Below, piece after piece: positions 28,094 to 37,612 of a stretch of DNA of 64,000 nt. Numbering within the stretch: the stretch's first letter is position 1; every line of letters begins with the position of its first letter. Origin of the DNA: an uncultured Bacilli bacterium (GTDB taxonomy: Bacteria > Bacillota_I > Bacilli_A > RF39 > UBA660); NCBI GenBank assembly GCA_934120635.1, contig CAKOUR010000003.1, positions 29,203-93,202 of the forward strand, given 5' to 3'. The notes beneath the pieces are model-generated. The model was not told where the DNA came from, made no database searches, and saw nothing but the letters and a program-made list of their open reading frames with translations. The position numbers and the translations under genes are program-made.

Positions 28094-28996
28094 TTACTTA
28101 TCTTTTTCAACTTTTTCTGTTTTTAAACTTTCACTTAGGGTTACTCCTAATGAAGCAATATTTTGTAAATCTGATGGAATAATAATTTTAGTTGCTTTTC
28201 CATCTGCTACTTTTCCTAATGCATCTAAACTTTTTAGTGCAATTACTGATTTATCAGCTTTTGCTTCTTTTAGTAATTTTATTCCTTCTGCTTCTGCTTG
28301 TCTTAATTTTAATAGAGCTTCTGCTTCTCCTTCAGCCATTTTGATTTTTGATTGTTTATTTGCTTCTGCTCTTAATATTGCACTTTCTTTTTCTCCTTCT
28401 GCAATTAGGACACTAGACTTTTTCTCTCCTTCTGCTTGAAGAATTTTTTCTCTTCTTTCTCTTTCTGCACGCATTTGTTTTTCCATGGCTTCTTGGATAT
28501 CTCTTGGTGGTATAATATTTTTTACTTCTACACGATTAACTTTAATTCCCCATGGATCAGTTGCTTCATCTAAGATTGCTCTCATCTTTGTATTAATAAT
28601 ATCTCTTGATGTTAGGGTTTGATCTAATTCTAGTTCTCCAATTAGATTTCTAAGTGTTGTTGCTGTTAGATTTTCAATTGCACTAATTGGATTTTCTACT
28701 CCATAAGTATATAATTTTGCATCAGTAATTTGAAAATAAACTACTGTATCAATTTGCATAGTTACATTATCTTTAGTAATTACTGGTTGTGGTGCAAAAT
28801 CTTTTACGATTTCTTTTAATGTTACTGCTCCTGCTACTCTGTCAATAAAGGGAATTAGAAAGTGTAATCCATTTCCCCATGTTTGGTAATAAGAACCAAT
28901 TCTTTCTACAACATAACTTTTTGCTTGTGGAACAATTTTTATACAAGGTATGATAAAAATAGCAACAAGCACTAATATAATAATAAATATAGACAT
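28094..28996 (-). CDS. SPFH/band-7 (stomatin-prohibitin) family protein
   Basis: 300 aa; N-terminal TM, SPFH core, A/E-rich coiled coil EAMEKQMRAERERR. Confidence 0.9.
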   Translation of the reverse strand: MSIFIIILVLVAIFIIPCIKIVPQAKSYVVERIGSYYQTWGNGLHFLIPFIDRVAGAVTLKEIVKDFAPQPVITKDNVTMQIDTVVYFQITDAKLYTYGVENPISAIENLTATTLRNLIGELELDQTLTSRDIINTKMRAILDEATDPWGIKVNRVEVKNIIPPRDIQEAMEKQMRAERERREKILQAEGEKKSSVLIAEGEKESAILRAEANKQSKIKMAEGEAEALLKLRQAEAEGIKLLKEAKADKSVIALKSLDALGKVADGKATKIIIPSDLQNIASLGVTLSESLKTEKVEKDK

Positions 28997-29000
28997 CTTT

Positions 29001-29420
29001 TTACTCCTCCCACTCTTCTACCTCTAATTTAACCCCTTTAATTTTAAGTACTTTTACTGTACTTCCTTTTGGTAAGTTTTTATTGGAGATAGCAGACCAT
29101 CTTTTCCCATCTACTTTTACTTCTCCAATATCCATTTTTTTGATTTCTTCAGTTACTATTCCTTTCATTCCAATAATTCTATCTAAATTGGTTTTTTCTT
29201 TGTTTTTTAATAATCTCTTTTCCATATTTTTTTTGGTTAATATCATTAAGATAACTCCTCCTATGACAAAGATACCAAATTGAAGAACAAAATTATCGGT
29301 AAAGAATGAAATAATTAAGGAACATAATCCACTGATAACAAACCAAATACTTACCAAATTAATTGTTATAGCCTCTAATATTCCTAAAAAAGTAACTAGT
29401 ACTAACCAAAAATAAAACAT
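29001..29420 (-). CDS. NfeD-family membrane protein
   Basis: 139 aa; N-terminal TMs plus C-terminal OB domain GEVKVDGKRWSA; directly upstream of the SPFH gene, the classic pairing. Confidence 0.8.
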   Translation of the reverse strand: MFYFWLVLVTFLGILEAITINLVSIWFVISGLCSLIISFFTDNFVLQFGIFVIGGVILMILTKKNMEKRLLKNKEKTNLDRIIGMKGIVTEEIKKMDIGEVKVDGKRWSAISNKNLPKGSTVKVLKIKGVKLEVEEWEE

Positions 29421-29461
29421 ACTTCCCTCCTAACAATTTTATTTTATCATAAAATTTAATT

Positions 29462-29848
29462 TTAGTTATTAGTTTTTGATAATTTTTTGATTATATTCAT
29501 ATCAATTTCTTTTAATTCTTGTAAAATTGCTTGATTGGGAGGAAGGTGTTTAAAATAAATGTCTTTATTTCCATAATAATCTTCAAATTCATTAATATTG
29601 TTAATTATTTCCCAATTTGCCTTCTCTGCTATTCCATTAGCATCATAGATTTGGTTTTGGTAAAGAAAAGCAATATGATTTTTTTGACTGTTGATTACAT
29701 ATTGACCTTCTGGATAATAACTTTTTAATACTTTAGCTAATTCTAAGCACCCACCATTTAAAAAATAATATTTTGCTGATACTGGTGATAAATATTGATA
29801 GAATTCATCATTAACTAAATCTAGAATAAATTTTATAAAATACTCCAT
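29462..29848 (-). CDS. Hypothetical protein (128 aa)
   Basis: ORF only; no recognisable motifs. Confidence 0.45.
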   Translation of the reverse strand: MEYFIKFILDLVNDEFYQYLSPVSAKYYFLNGGCLELAKVLKSYYPEGQYVINSQKNHIAFLYQNQIYDANGIAEKANWEIINNINEFEDYYGNKDIYFKHLPPNQAILQELKEIDMNIIKKLSKTNN

Positions 29849-29864
29849 AATGCTCCCTTTCTTT

Positions 29865-30566
29865 TTATTTTACGATTGAGCCAATTTTTTCGCCTGTTAA
29901 GGCTTTTTTTAAATTTTCTAGTTTATTAATATTAAAGACTTGAATAGGTAAATTATTTTCTAAGCAAAGTGAAACTGCTGTTAAATCCATTACTTTTAAT
30001 TTTCTCTTCATTACTTCTAGGTGACTAATTTCTTTTATTATTTCGTAGTCATTATATTTTCTTGGATCTTTATCATAAATATAATCTACATTGGTTGCTT
30101 TTATTAATATATCTGCCTTTACTTCTGCTGCTCGAAGAGCGGCTGCTGTATCTGTTGAAAAAAATGGTGAACCTGTTCCTGCACCAAAGATTATTACACG
30201 TTTTTTTTCTAAATGTTTTAGGGCACGTGAACGAACAAATAATTCTGATATTTGCTTCATTTCAATACTAGTTTGTACTCTAGATTCTACTCCTACTTGA
30301 AGAAGGGCATCATTTAGAGCAAGGGCATTCATGGTAGTTGCTAACATTCCAATATAGTCTGCTGTTACAGAGTCCATTTGATTATTGCTTCTTCCTCTCC
30401 AAAAGTTTCCTCCTCCTACTACAATGGCTAGTTCAATGTTAGTGTCGCTTAGTACTTCTTTGATTATTTCTGCTATTTCTAATAGTTTATGATAATTAAT
30501 TCCTGTTCCGTTGTCTTTAGCAAGAGATTCTCCACTTAATTTTAATAATATTCTTTTATTTTTCAT
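29865..30566 (-). CDS. pyrH: UMP kinase
   Basis: 233 aa; RILLKLSGE, VVGGGNFWRG, GAGTGSPFFSTDTAAALRA. Confidence 0.95.
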   Translation of the reverse strand: MKNKRILLKLSGESLAKDNGTGINYHKLLEIAEIIKEVLSDTNIELAIVVGGGNFWRGRSNNQMDSVTADYIGMLATTMNALALNDALLQVGVESRVQTSIEMKQISELFVRSRALKHLEKKRVIIFGAGTGSPFFSTDTAAALRAAEVKADILIKATNVDYIYDKDPRKYNDYEIIKEISHLEVMKRKLKVMDLTAVSLCLENNLPIQVFNINKLENLKKALTGEKIGSIVK

Positions 30567-30849
30567 CTTTCTCCTCCAATTTTTTTAAGATAAAGTATTT
30601 ACAATCTACTGCACAGTTTTCTTTTAGATAAGTCTCTAAATTATTATAATTATTTATTGCTTTTACTTTTTTATTTTTTTGATCATAAAAACCTTTTAGT
30701 CTAAGTTTGTTATAAGCAATATCTCCTACTATGTAATCATATGGTTCAAAATAAGAGGTATATCTTTCTTTAAATATTTCTTCTTGAAAAGCTTCTTTAT
30801 GATTTTTTATTAATTCATAACTATTTTTATCAATTATAATTTTTAACAT
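30556..30849 (-). CDS. yutD: YutD-like protein (DUF1027)
   Basis: 97 aa; YDYIVGDIAYNKLRLKGFY pattern. Confidence 0.6.
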   Translation of the reverse strand: MLKIIIDKNSYELIKNHKEAFQEEIFKERYTSYFEPYDYIVGDIAYNKLRLKGFYDQKNKKVKAINNYNNLETYLKENCAVDCKYFILKKLEEKDEK

Positions 30850-30945
30850 TTTATTTCTCCTTTTTAATAAAATATATTTATATTTGGGTGTATTATATCA
30901 TAATGATGAAAAAGAAAATACCCCTAAAAAGATATTTTCCTATTT

Positions 30946-31857
30946 TTAAGATACTCCAATACCGTAAGTTATTACAAAATAAGTAATTACCCCACCTACT
31001 ATAAAAATCATTAAAAATAATAAAATGATTTTTAAAATTCCACCTTTTTTATTTAAATCTGAAAAGTCATCATCTACTTGCATAAAATCTTTTTTAGAAA
31101 ATTCATAAGAACTGGTAAAGAAATCATCGTTTACTGGAGCGACAGAAGGCTTTATAATATCAATATCGCTATTATCTTTTATTTGGTTGATTTGTTCTGT
31201 TTCTTCTTTAATTGGCTTAGTAACAATAGTATTTTCTGTTGGTTTTAAATCAGAAAATAAGTCTAGTGATAAGTCTGAATCTTGTTCTTGGTTATTCTCT
31301 TCTAGAGATAAGTTTTGATATTTTAACTCTCTAGTCATAGATAAATCATTTTCTATTTTTTTAAATTGTTCTTCTGGTTGTTGTTCTTCTTTAGTATTTA
31401 AATTGACAATTTTTTCATCATTTTGGTAACTTTGATAGTTTTTGCTAGCTTTTTTTAATTCTTCTAAAGATAATTCTGTACTTTGAAGAGTATTTAAAAT
31501 TTGTTTATTAACTTTAGGTATTGATTGGGTAGTTTCTTTTAATTTATCATTTTCATATTTGGCTTTTTCTAAAATTTTATTAATATCATAAACTTTTTGT
31601 TCATCAATATTTCTTTTTCTTTGTTCTAAAATATTTAGATTTTCTTTAATTGTATTACTTTTGGATTTTTGTCCTGATAATACTAATTCTTTTAATTTTG
31701 CCATATCTATTTCATCTGTATTATCTTCTAATGGTAAATTTTCTAGGTCATTATATTTTCCGTAAACTTCTTTATATAATCTTTTATTTCTACTACTTCT
31801 TGTGGAAGTGCTGTTGATGTTGTTTTCAGTGTAGTATCTATTGCTTCTACTATCCAT
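30946..31857 (-). CDS. Hypothetical protein with C-terminal TM anchor (303 aa)
   Basis: Polar low-complexity body with C-terminal [23 protein letters not shown]. Confidence 0.55.
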   Translation of the reverse strand: MDSRSNRYYTENNINSTSTRSSRNKRLYKEVYGKYNDLENLPLEDNTDEIDMAKLKELVLSGQKSKSNTIKENLNILEQRKRNIDEQKVYDINKILEKAKYENDKLKETTQSIPKVNKQILNTLQSTELSLEELKKASKNYQSYQNDEKIVNLNTKEEQQPEEQFKKIENDLSMTRELKYQNLSLEENNQEQDSDLSLDLFSDLKPTENTIVTKPIKEETEQINQIKDNSDIDIIKPSVAPVNDDFFTSSYEFSKKDFMQVDDDFSDLNKKGGILKIILLFLMIFIVGGVITYFVITYGIGVS

Positions 31858-31970
31858 ATTGCCACCTCTTACTCTTCTTTATCATATCATACTTTTAATA
31901 AAATTAAAATATTTTTATTGCTTTTTCTAAAATTAATTGCTATGATAAATTAGAAAAGGAGGAAATGAAA

Positions 31971-32174
31971 ATGTGTGTTAAACTTGATAGTGAAAAATGT
32001 ATTGGTTGTGGAAGTTGTGTTTCTTTAACTGATCAAAAAATCTTTGATTTTGATGATGAAGGTAAGGCTTATGTTGTTTCAGAAAATATTGCTGATGAAG
32101 ATATGGATGCTGTAAAAAGTGCTATTGATTATTGTCCAACTTCTGCAATTTATTTTGAATCAGAAAATAAATAA
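31971..32174 (+). CDS. Small [4Fe-4S] ferredoxin
   Basis: CIGCGSC...CP motif; start taken as the second ATG, 8 nt after AGGAGG (the track starts at 31965). Confidence 0.8.
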   Translation: MCVKLDSEKCIGCGSCVSLTDQKIFDFDDEGKAYVVSENIADEDMDAVKSAIDYCPTSAIYFESENK

Positions 32175-32215
32175 ATGTAAAATACTTATAAAGATTTTTG
32201 TTTAGATAATTTTTT

Positions 32216-32243
32216 GAATTGCTTAGTTCAATTCTTTTTTTTT
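32216..32243 (+). terminator. Rho-independent terminator after the ferredoxin gene
   Basis: GAATTG / CAATTC stem, 7-nt loop, then TTTTTTTTT. Confidence 0.65.
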
Positions 32244-32246
32244 GTA

Positions 32247-32302
32247 AATTAAAAAGAACTTTTCTTTATTCTAATTATGAATTTTAGAAAAAGTTCTTTT
32301 TT
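32247..32302 (-). terminator. Possible terminator after yidD
   Basis: AAAAAGAACTTTTC / GAAAAAGTTCTTTTTT inverted repeat with a 22-nt loop; A/T-rich and one bulge. Confidence 0.35.
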
Positions 32303-32314
32303 AGTATTTTTTAT

Positions 32315-32524
32315 TTATGGAACTTTGTCATATCCTTTTCCACCCCAAGGATTACATCTAAGAATTCTTTTGATTGCTAAATACCAGCCTTTAAGAAATC
32401 CATATTTTTCTAAAGCTTCTAGTGCATAATTAGAACATGTTGGATAAAATCTACAATTATTGTGCCATGGACCTGGAATTTTTTGATAAGTTCTAATTAA
32501 GTAACATGATATTTTTTTTAACAT
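32315..32524 (-). CDS. yidD: Membrane protein insertion efficiency factor YidD
   Basis: 69 aa; CRFYPTCSNYALEA...RILRCNPW. Confidence 0.88.
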   Translation of the reverse strand: MLKKISCYLIRTYQKIPGPWHNNCRFYPTCSNYALEALEKYGFLKGWYLAIKRILRCNPWGGKGYDKVP

Positions 32525-33735
32525 TGATTTGCCTTATTTATAATTTCTTTAGAAAAATTTCCATTTTCAAAAATTACTATTTCTTGATTTTTATCTGTTA
32601 TTGCAGTAATTGATAAATCTGATGTTCCTATCATGAAATCTACATGAATTTTAGAGGAATTGATTCCATGATTAATTAGTTCTTCTTCTTTCATTTTTAG
32701 CCCATTCTTCAAACATTCTGCAAAACCTGCTCCTAATGCTAAATGACAGCTTGCATTTTCGTCAATTAAGGTTGTTCCAAATGTAATATTTAAATTAGAA
32801 ATTGGACTATCGTATTCTACTAAAGCACATTCACCTAAATAGCAACTATTTTCATCTCCTTCAATAATTGCTTTTAAAATTTCTTTTCCTATTTTGGCAT
32901 CATAATCTACTGCTCTTCCTTCGACAAATTTAATCCAAAAATTATCTACTTTTTTACCGTTGTAATATAATGGTTTGGAATTATAAACAATTCCTTCAGT
33001 TTTTTTATAGTCTGGACTTGTAAATACTTCGTATGATGGCATATTTACAATTACTTTTTGATCTTTTGCACTAGAGAATTGGTAGTTTTTAGGTAAATAT
33101 ATATCTAGAGATGTTCCTAATGAATTTTGATAATGTAATTTTGTTAATTTTAGTTTATTTAAAGTGGTTATTAAATTTTGAGTTTTTTTTAAGTGATTAT
33201 CCCAGCAATCTAGAGGGTTATCTTTATCTAACATACAAGTTTTAAAAATTGCTTGTTTTAGTTTTTCTTCACTGTTTTCTTTATTAAATATATGCTTTGC
33301 CCATTCTTTTCCTGGATATGCTGCTATACACCAAGATAGTGTACAATTTTCTACCATCTTACGGTAAAGTGGTCTTGTTTCTCTTTTTCTTTTGGCAGCT
33401 AGGGCAATTAAGTCATCTGGTATATCTTCCATTAGGTTAGGATATTCTGTTTCTATAATGAGAAAACTAGCAAATTTATTAGCGTATTTATCCCAAATGC
33501 TGCTATTAAAGTATTCACTTTCTAAAATGCTTTTTTCTGTGCTTTCTTTTAATAAAGCATGAGTCTTATAAATATCTTCGCAATCTAGATATATTTCTAA
33601 TATTCCTTTTTCTTTTGCCTTTTTTATTAATTTTTGAATAAAGTTATCAATTTCTTTTTGATAATGAATAAAAAGGATTTTACTTTCTTTATCAATACAT
33701 TTTTCTAATAATAGTTCTATATATTTTTCTTCCAT
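32518..33735 (-). CDS. M29-family aminopeptidase (AmpS/PepS type)
   Basis: 405 aa; NMPSYEVFTSP, LGECALV, IDENASCHLALG, HVDFMIG. Confidence 0.8.
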   Translation of the reverse strand: MEEKYIELLLEKCIDKESKILFIHYQKEIDNFIQKLIKKAKEKGILEIYLDCEDIYKTHALLKESTEKSILESEYFNSSIWDKYANKFASFLIIETEYPNLMEDIPDDLIALAAKRKRETRPLYRKMVENCTLSWCIAAYPGKEWAKHIFNKENSEEKLKQAIFKTCMLDKDNPLDCWDNHLKKTQNLITTLNKLKLTKLHYQNSLGTSLDIYLPKNYQFSSAKDQKVIVNMPSYEVFTSPDYKKTEGIVYNSKPLYYNGKKVDNFWIKFVEGRAVDYDAKIGKEILKAIIEGDENSCYLGECALVEYDSPISNLNITFGTTLIDENASCHLALGAGFAECLKNGLKMKEEELINHGINSSKIHVDFMIGTSDLSITAITDKNQEIVIFENGNFSKEIINKANQC

Positions 33736-33771
33736 GTTATCACCATCATTATTTTATCATACTTTTTTTAT

Positions 33772-34251
33772 TTAGGATATAACTTGTGTTAAGGTTGTAT
33801 CTTTATCTTTATAAAGAGTTAACATTTCTAATACTATTTTTTTTATTTCATCTAAGTTTTTTGTAGATTCTATTTTTTTATCATATTCTTTTATCTTATT
33901 GTTTAAAGTTTTGTCTTTAGAATAATATTCAGTTACTAAAACTTCATCTTGATAAGTATTTTTTATTTTTTCTATATTTTTCTTATTTTCTGTTAAACCT
34001 ATAATAGATTTGAATAAGCCATCTTGGTCTTTGTAATATATGTAATTACTAATAGAAGTGTTATGAATCATATTATCATATGATTTATATGCTCCTGCTT
34101 GAATTAAATATATTTTTTCTCCTATTAAGTCCGTTTCTAGTTCTTTATCATATATTTGATATATTAATTTGCCACATATTGCTCCACATATTATAGATAA
34201 AAAAATAGGAGTTACTACTTTTTTTATTTTTTTTAACATTTTTATCACCAA
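33772..34251 (-). CDS. Membrane-anchored protein, possible SPOR-like domain
   Basis: N-terminal TM; YLIQAGAYKSYDNM resembles the start of a SPOR domain (weak). Confidence 0.45.
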   Translation of the reverse strand: MVIKMLKKIKKVVTPIFLSIICGAICGKLIYQIYDKELETDLIGEKIYLIQAGAYKSYDNMIHNTSISNYIYYKDQDGLFKSIIGLTENKKNIEKIKNTYQDEVLVTEYYSKDKTLNNKIKEYDKKIESTKNLDEIKKIVLEMLTLYKDKDTTLTQVIS

Positions 34252-34330
34252 ATAAAGTATACTTCTATTTTTATAATTATTTTGTCGATTTATATATTTT
34301 TAACATTATATTAAAATTTTATTTAGTTTG

Positions 34331-34861
34331 TTATTGTTTTTTTATAAAAAGGTTAATGCTATAGTCATCATTTGTATACATTGATTCTAATTTAATTTTA
34401 ATTGTTGCAATATTAGGATTACTTGATTTGTCTATTTCAATTCCCTTAAATAATAAAGATTTTTGTAATTTTTTTTGGTAATAAGAAACATCAGTGGTAT
34501 CGAAATTATTATTATCAAGTTTTCCGTAAGTTATTGTGATTTGTTGATTTTGTGAAATATCTGTTGAGGGGGAAGTTATTTTAATTTTTCTTTTTTCTTC
34601 TGATGTTCCAAAATTAGATGTTAAAATTACTTCACTAGTTCCATTGTTTTCGATACCAGTAATAATTTGGTTATCTAAGTCATTCATTATATTTTTAGTA
34701 ATTGCTATTTTATCTGAAGAATAACTAATGGATTGATAGATGTCTTCGTTTTTATTTTTAAATTGATAAGTAAGATTTAATAGGTATAAAGCAATGCTCA
34801 TTGCTAATACTGATGATATAACAATTTCTACTAACATATATCCTTTTTTGTTTAATTTCAT
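34331..34861 (-). CDS. Type IV pilin-like / pseudopilin (176 aa)
   Basis: Prepilin signal MKLNKKG|YMLVE with Glu at +5 and a hydrophobic helix. Confidence 0.7.
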   Translation of the reverse strand: MKLNKKGYMLVEIVISSVLAMSIALYLLNLTYQFKNKNEDIYQSISYSSDKIAITKNIMNDLDNQIITGIENNGTSEVILTSNFGTSEEKRKIKITSPSTDISQNQQITITYGKLDNNNFDTTDVSYYQKKLQKSLLFKGIEIDKSSNPNIATIKIKLESMYTNDDYSINLFIKKQ

Positions 34862-34870
34862 TTTATCACC

Positions 34871-35437
34871 CTATTCGATTGGAATGCTAGCATAGTAATT
34901 TTTTCCATTTTTTTCGATTTCTGTTATTACTAGGTATGTATAATTATTAGAACTTGTTCCAATGTTTGCATCTTTAATATTATAGTAATTTATTATATAA
35001 TCTATATAATCTTTAAATGTTTCGTTATAGTTCGTAAAAATTTCGTTATATTCTTTGGAAGTTTCGTTAGTTGGATCTTTTTTTGGAGGTTTTAAAACAT
35101 TTTCATCATAGTATGTAAATACCATATTTTGTATATTATATAATTTTTTTAAAGTAGTACAAAAATCATCATTTAATTGACATGTTTCAGATTTTATTAA
35201 TTCTATAGTTTCTTTATTTTCGTGATTGTTTAGAAAATTATTTAAATCATTTTCTAATAAATTATTAATCATTTCTTTTGTTGCATAAAATGCATCAATA
35301 TCATGATATACTTCTCTTTCTTTATATTTTGAAAAAAGAGAATTAAAACTAGAATAAAACAATATCATTCCTGTTAAAATCACTGTTGAAGTGATAATTA
35401 CTTCTACTAACATGAATCCTTTATTATTTTTAGACAT
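34871..35437 (-). CDS. Type IV pilin-like / pseudopilin (188 aa)
   Basis: Prepilin signal MSKNNKG|FMLVE with Glu at +5 and a hydrophobic helix. Confidence 0.7.
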   Translation of the reverse strand: MSKNNKGFMLVEVIITSTVILTGMILFYSSFNSLFSKYKEREVYHDIDAFYATKEMINNLLENDLNNFLNNHENKETIELIKSETCQLNDDFCTTLKKLYNIQNMVFTYYDENVLKPPKKDPTNETSKEYNEIFTNYNETFKDYIDYIINYYNIKDANIGTSSNNYTYLVITEIEKNGKNYYASIPIE

Positions 35438-35524
35438 CTTTGTTTCACTACTCCTTGCTATTTTTATAAAACTATTATATAATAATTATAGTTTAAAGTA
35501 AAGAATAAAAAGGGAATGGGATTT

Positions 35525-36805
35525 ATGGCAGAAATTAATAAAGAAGATTTATCTACTGCTTCTAGTGTTGGAGCAACTAATTTTAATGATTTAGCTACAA
35601 AAAAAGTAATTAATTTTGAAACAACTCCAATTGTCGATATTGTAAATTATATCTTAGTAACTGCTTCTAAAAAGAATGCTAGTGATATTCATTTTGATCC
35701 AGCCGATAATCATATGAAAGTTAGGTTTCGTATTGATGGTAAGTTAGATACATTTATTATTGTTCCTAATACTGCTAAACAAAATTTAATTGCTAGATTG
35801 AAAATCATGGCAGGAATGAATATTACTGAAACTAGGCTTCCACAAGATGGAGCTATTCGTACAGTTATTGAAGGTCTTAGTTTAGATATGCGTGTTTCTT
35901 CCCTACCAACTAAACGTGGCGAGAAAATTGTTATTCGTATTATGGATTATTCAATGAGTTTAAAAGGTTTGGAATCTTTATGTTTTAATGATATTAATTA
36001 TAAAAAAATACTGAAAATGATTAGTGAACCTAATGGAATAATTTTGGTAACTGGGGCTACTGGTAGTGGTAAATCAACTACAGTTTATTCACTTCTTCAA
36101 AGATTAAATACCGAGGATACTAATTTAATTACAGTTGAGGATCCTGTTGAGATGGAAATTGAGGGAATGAATCAGGTTCAAGTTAATAGTGAAATAGGTC
36201 TTACTTTTGCTACAGTATTAAGAAGTATTTTAAGACAAGATCCTAATGTTATTATGATTGGAGAGATTCGTGATAGTGAAACTGCTCAAATTGCTGTTCG
36301 TGCTTCTATTACTGGACACTTGGTTTTATCTACTATTCACACCAATAATAGTCTTTCTACTATTGAACGATTATTGGATATGGATGTTGAAAGATATTTA
36401 CTTGCTAGTGCTTTAGAAGGTATTATTTCTCAAAAATTAGCTAGAAAACTTTGTGATAAATGTAAAAGACTAAGACCTGCAAATAATTATGAAAAAAACT
36501 TATTTAGAACTGTTTTAGGATTAGAAGTTAATAAAGTATATGAACCTGTTGGATGTCCAGAATGTAATTTTGGTTATAAAGGGAGAGTTGCTTTACATGA
36601 AGTTCTTCTAATTAATCAAGATATAAGAGATGCTATCAGTAATAATGTTTCTAAGGAAGATTTGAGAAAATTAGTTTATAGCAAAGATGTTATTACTATG
36701 GTACAAGATGGTTTTTATAAAGTTTTAGCGGGTTTTACAACTATTACAGAAGTTTTAAAACTAATTGATTTAGATGATGAGATTGAAGAAAAAAATCAAA
36801 AATAA
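35525..36805 (+). CDS. GspE/PilB/ComGA-family type IV filament assembly ATPase
   Basis: Walker A GATGSGKSTT, Asp box, Walker B IMIGEIRD, His box TGHLVLSTIHTN, tetracysteine CDKC...CPEC; start at the second ATG (SD AAGGGA 9 nt upstream). Confidence 0.85.
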   Translation: MAEINKEDLSTASSVGATNFNDLATKKVINFETTPIVDIVNYILVTASKKNASDIHFDPADNHMKVRFRIDGKLDTFIIVPNTAKQNLIARLKIMAGMNITETRLPQDGAIRTVIEGLSLDMRVSSLPTKRGEKIVIRIMDYSMSLKGLESLCFNDINYKKILKMISEPNGIILVTGATGSGKSTTVYSLLQRLNTEDTNLITVEDPVEMEIEGMNQVQVNSEIGLTFATVLRSILRQDPNVIMIGEIRDSETAQIAVRASITGHLVLSTIHTNNSLSTIERLLDMDVERYLLASALEGIISQKLARKLCDKCKRLRPANNYEKNLFRTVLGLEVNKVYEPVGCPECNFGYKGRVALHEVLLINQDIRDAISNNVSKEDLRKLVYSKDVITMVQDGFYKVLAGFTTITEVLKLIDLDDEIEEKNQK

Positions 36806-36836
36806 CATAGGGATTAACTATTTCCTATGTTATTTT
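36804..36836. terminator. Shared hairpin terminator between the convergent ATPase and nrdG genes
   Basis: AACATAGG / CCTATGTT perfect 8-bp stem, 12-nt loop, then ATTTTC on the plus strand. Confidence 0.55.
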
Positions 36837-37406
36837 CTATACAAATAGAAGATGTTTTTCACTTCTTCCTCTTTTTGAATTTAATTCTTGTTTTTGAACA
36901 GGAGTGTATAAAATCGTTTCTTTTTTTATTAAACTATTTTTTACATCTATTAATCTTTGATTCTTAGAGCCTCTAAATATTACATCATAACTTTTTTGCT
37001 GATAAATAAATTTACCATCTACTAAGATATCAATTTGTTTTAAAAAAGTTAATATATTTTGGTTCATTTTGCTTTTTTCTAATAATTCTTCAAACGTATA
37101 TCCAGTATAACACCATACATTCAAATCTTTTTGATGGCAATATTTTGCTAAGACAGAGCATTCTAATGACTGTTCCATTGGGTCGCCTCCGGAGAATGTT
37201 ATCCCATCTTGTCCTTCTAAAGTATCTATTTTCTTTTTTATATCTTCAATATCAACAAGAAACCCATTCTTATAAGAGTGGGTTTCTGGATTATGGCAAT
37301 AAGGACAATGATGAGGACATCCTTGAGTCCAAATAACGGTGCGGATACCTTCTCCATCTACAATGCTGTCCCTTTGTATTTCAGCAGTTGCTAATCTTAT
37401 TTTCAT
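36837..37406 (-). CDS. nrdG: Anaerobic ribonucleotide reductase activating protein
   Basis: 189 aa; CPHHCPYCHN radical SAM cluster motif, GGDP; last gene of the nrd operon. Confidence 0.9.
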   Translation of the reverse strand: MKIRLATAEIQRDSIVDGEGIRTVIWTQGCPHHCPYCHNPETHSYKNGFLVDIEDIKKKIDTLEGQDGITFSGGDPMEQSLECSVLAKYCHQKDLNVWCYTGYTFEELLEKSKMNQNILTFLKQIDILVDGKFIYQQKSYDVIFRGSKNQRLIDVKNSLIKKETILYTPVQKQELNSKRGRSEKHLLFV

Positions 37407-37408
37407 AA

Positions 37409-37585
37409 TTATTTTGTTGCTTCTAAAATTCCTTCTGTGCCATGTTTTACACGATCGCGTTCTTCAGCTCTTTTTCCATTATTGAATCTATCTACTGTTC
37501 CAACTAGATATCCTGTAATTCTTCTAATTCTTTCAAAACCAATTCCTTCTCCAATAGTTTTAACTTCTTTTTCTTCTGCTTTCAT
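37409..37585 (-). CDS. Stand-alone NrdD C-terminal glycyl-radical domain (58 aa)
   Basis: Own translation MKAEEKEVKTIGEGIGFERIRRITGYLVGTVDRFNNGKRAEERDRVKHGTEGILEATK; RxxGY glycyl-radical fingerprint; GAAGGA 8 nt upstream of the ATG; in frame with nrdD, separated from it by TAA plus 9 codons; below the ORF-track size cutoff. Confidence 0.75.
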   Translation of the reverse strand: MKAEEKEVKTIGEGIGFERIRRITGYLVGTVDRFNNGKRAEERDRVKHGTEGILEATK

Positions 37586-37612
37586 AAAATAATTCCTTCT
37601 TTCTTTTTTTTG

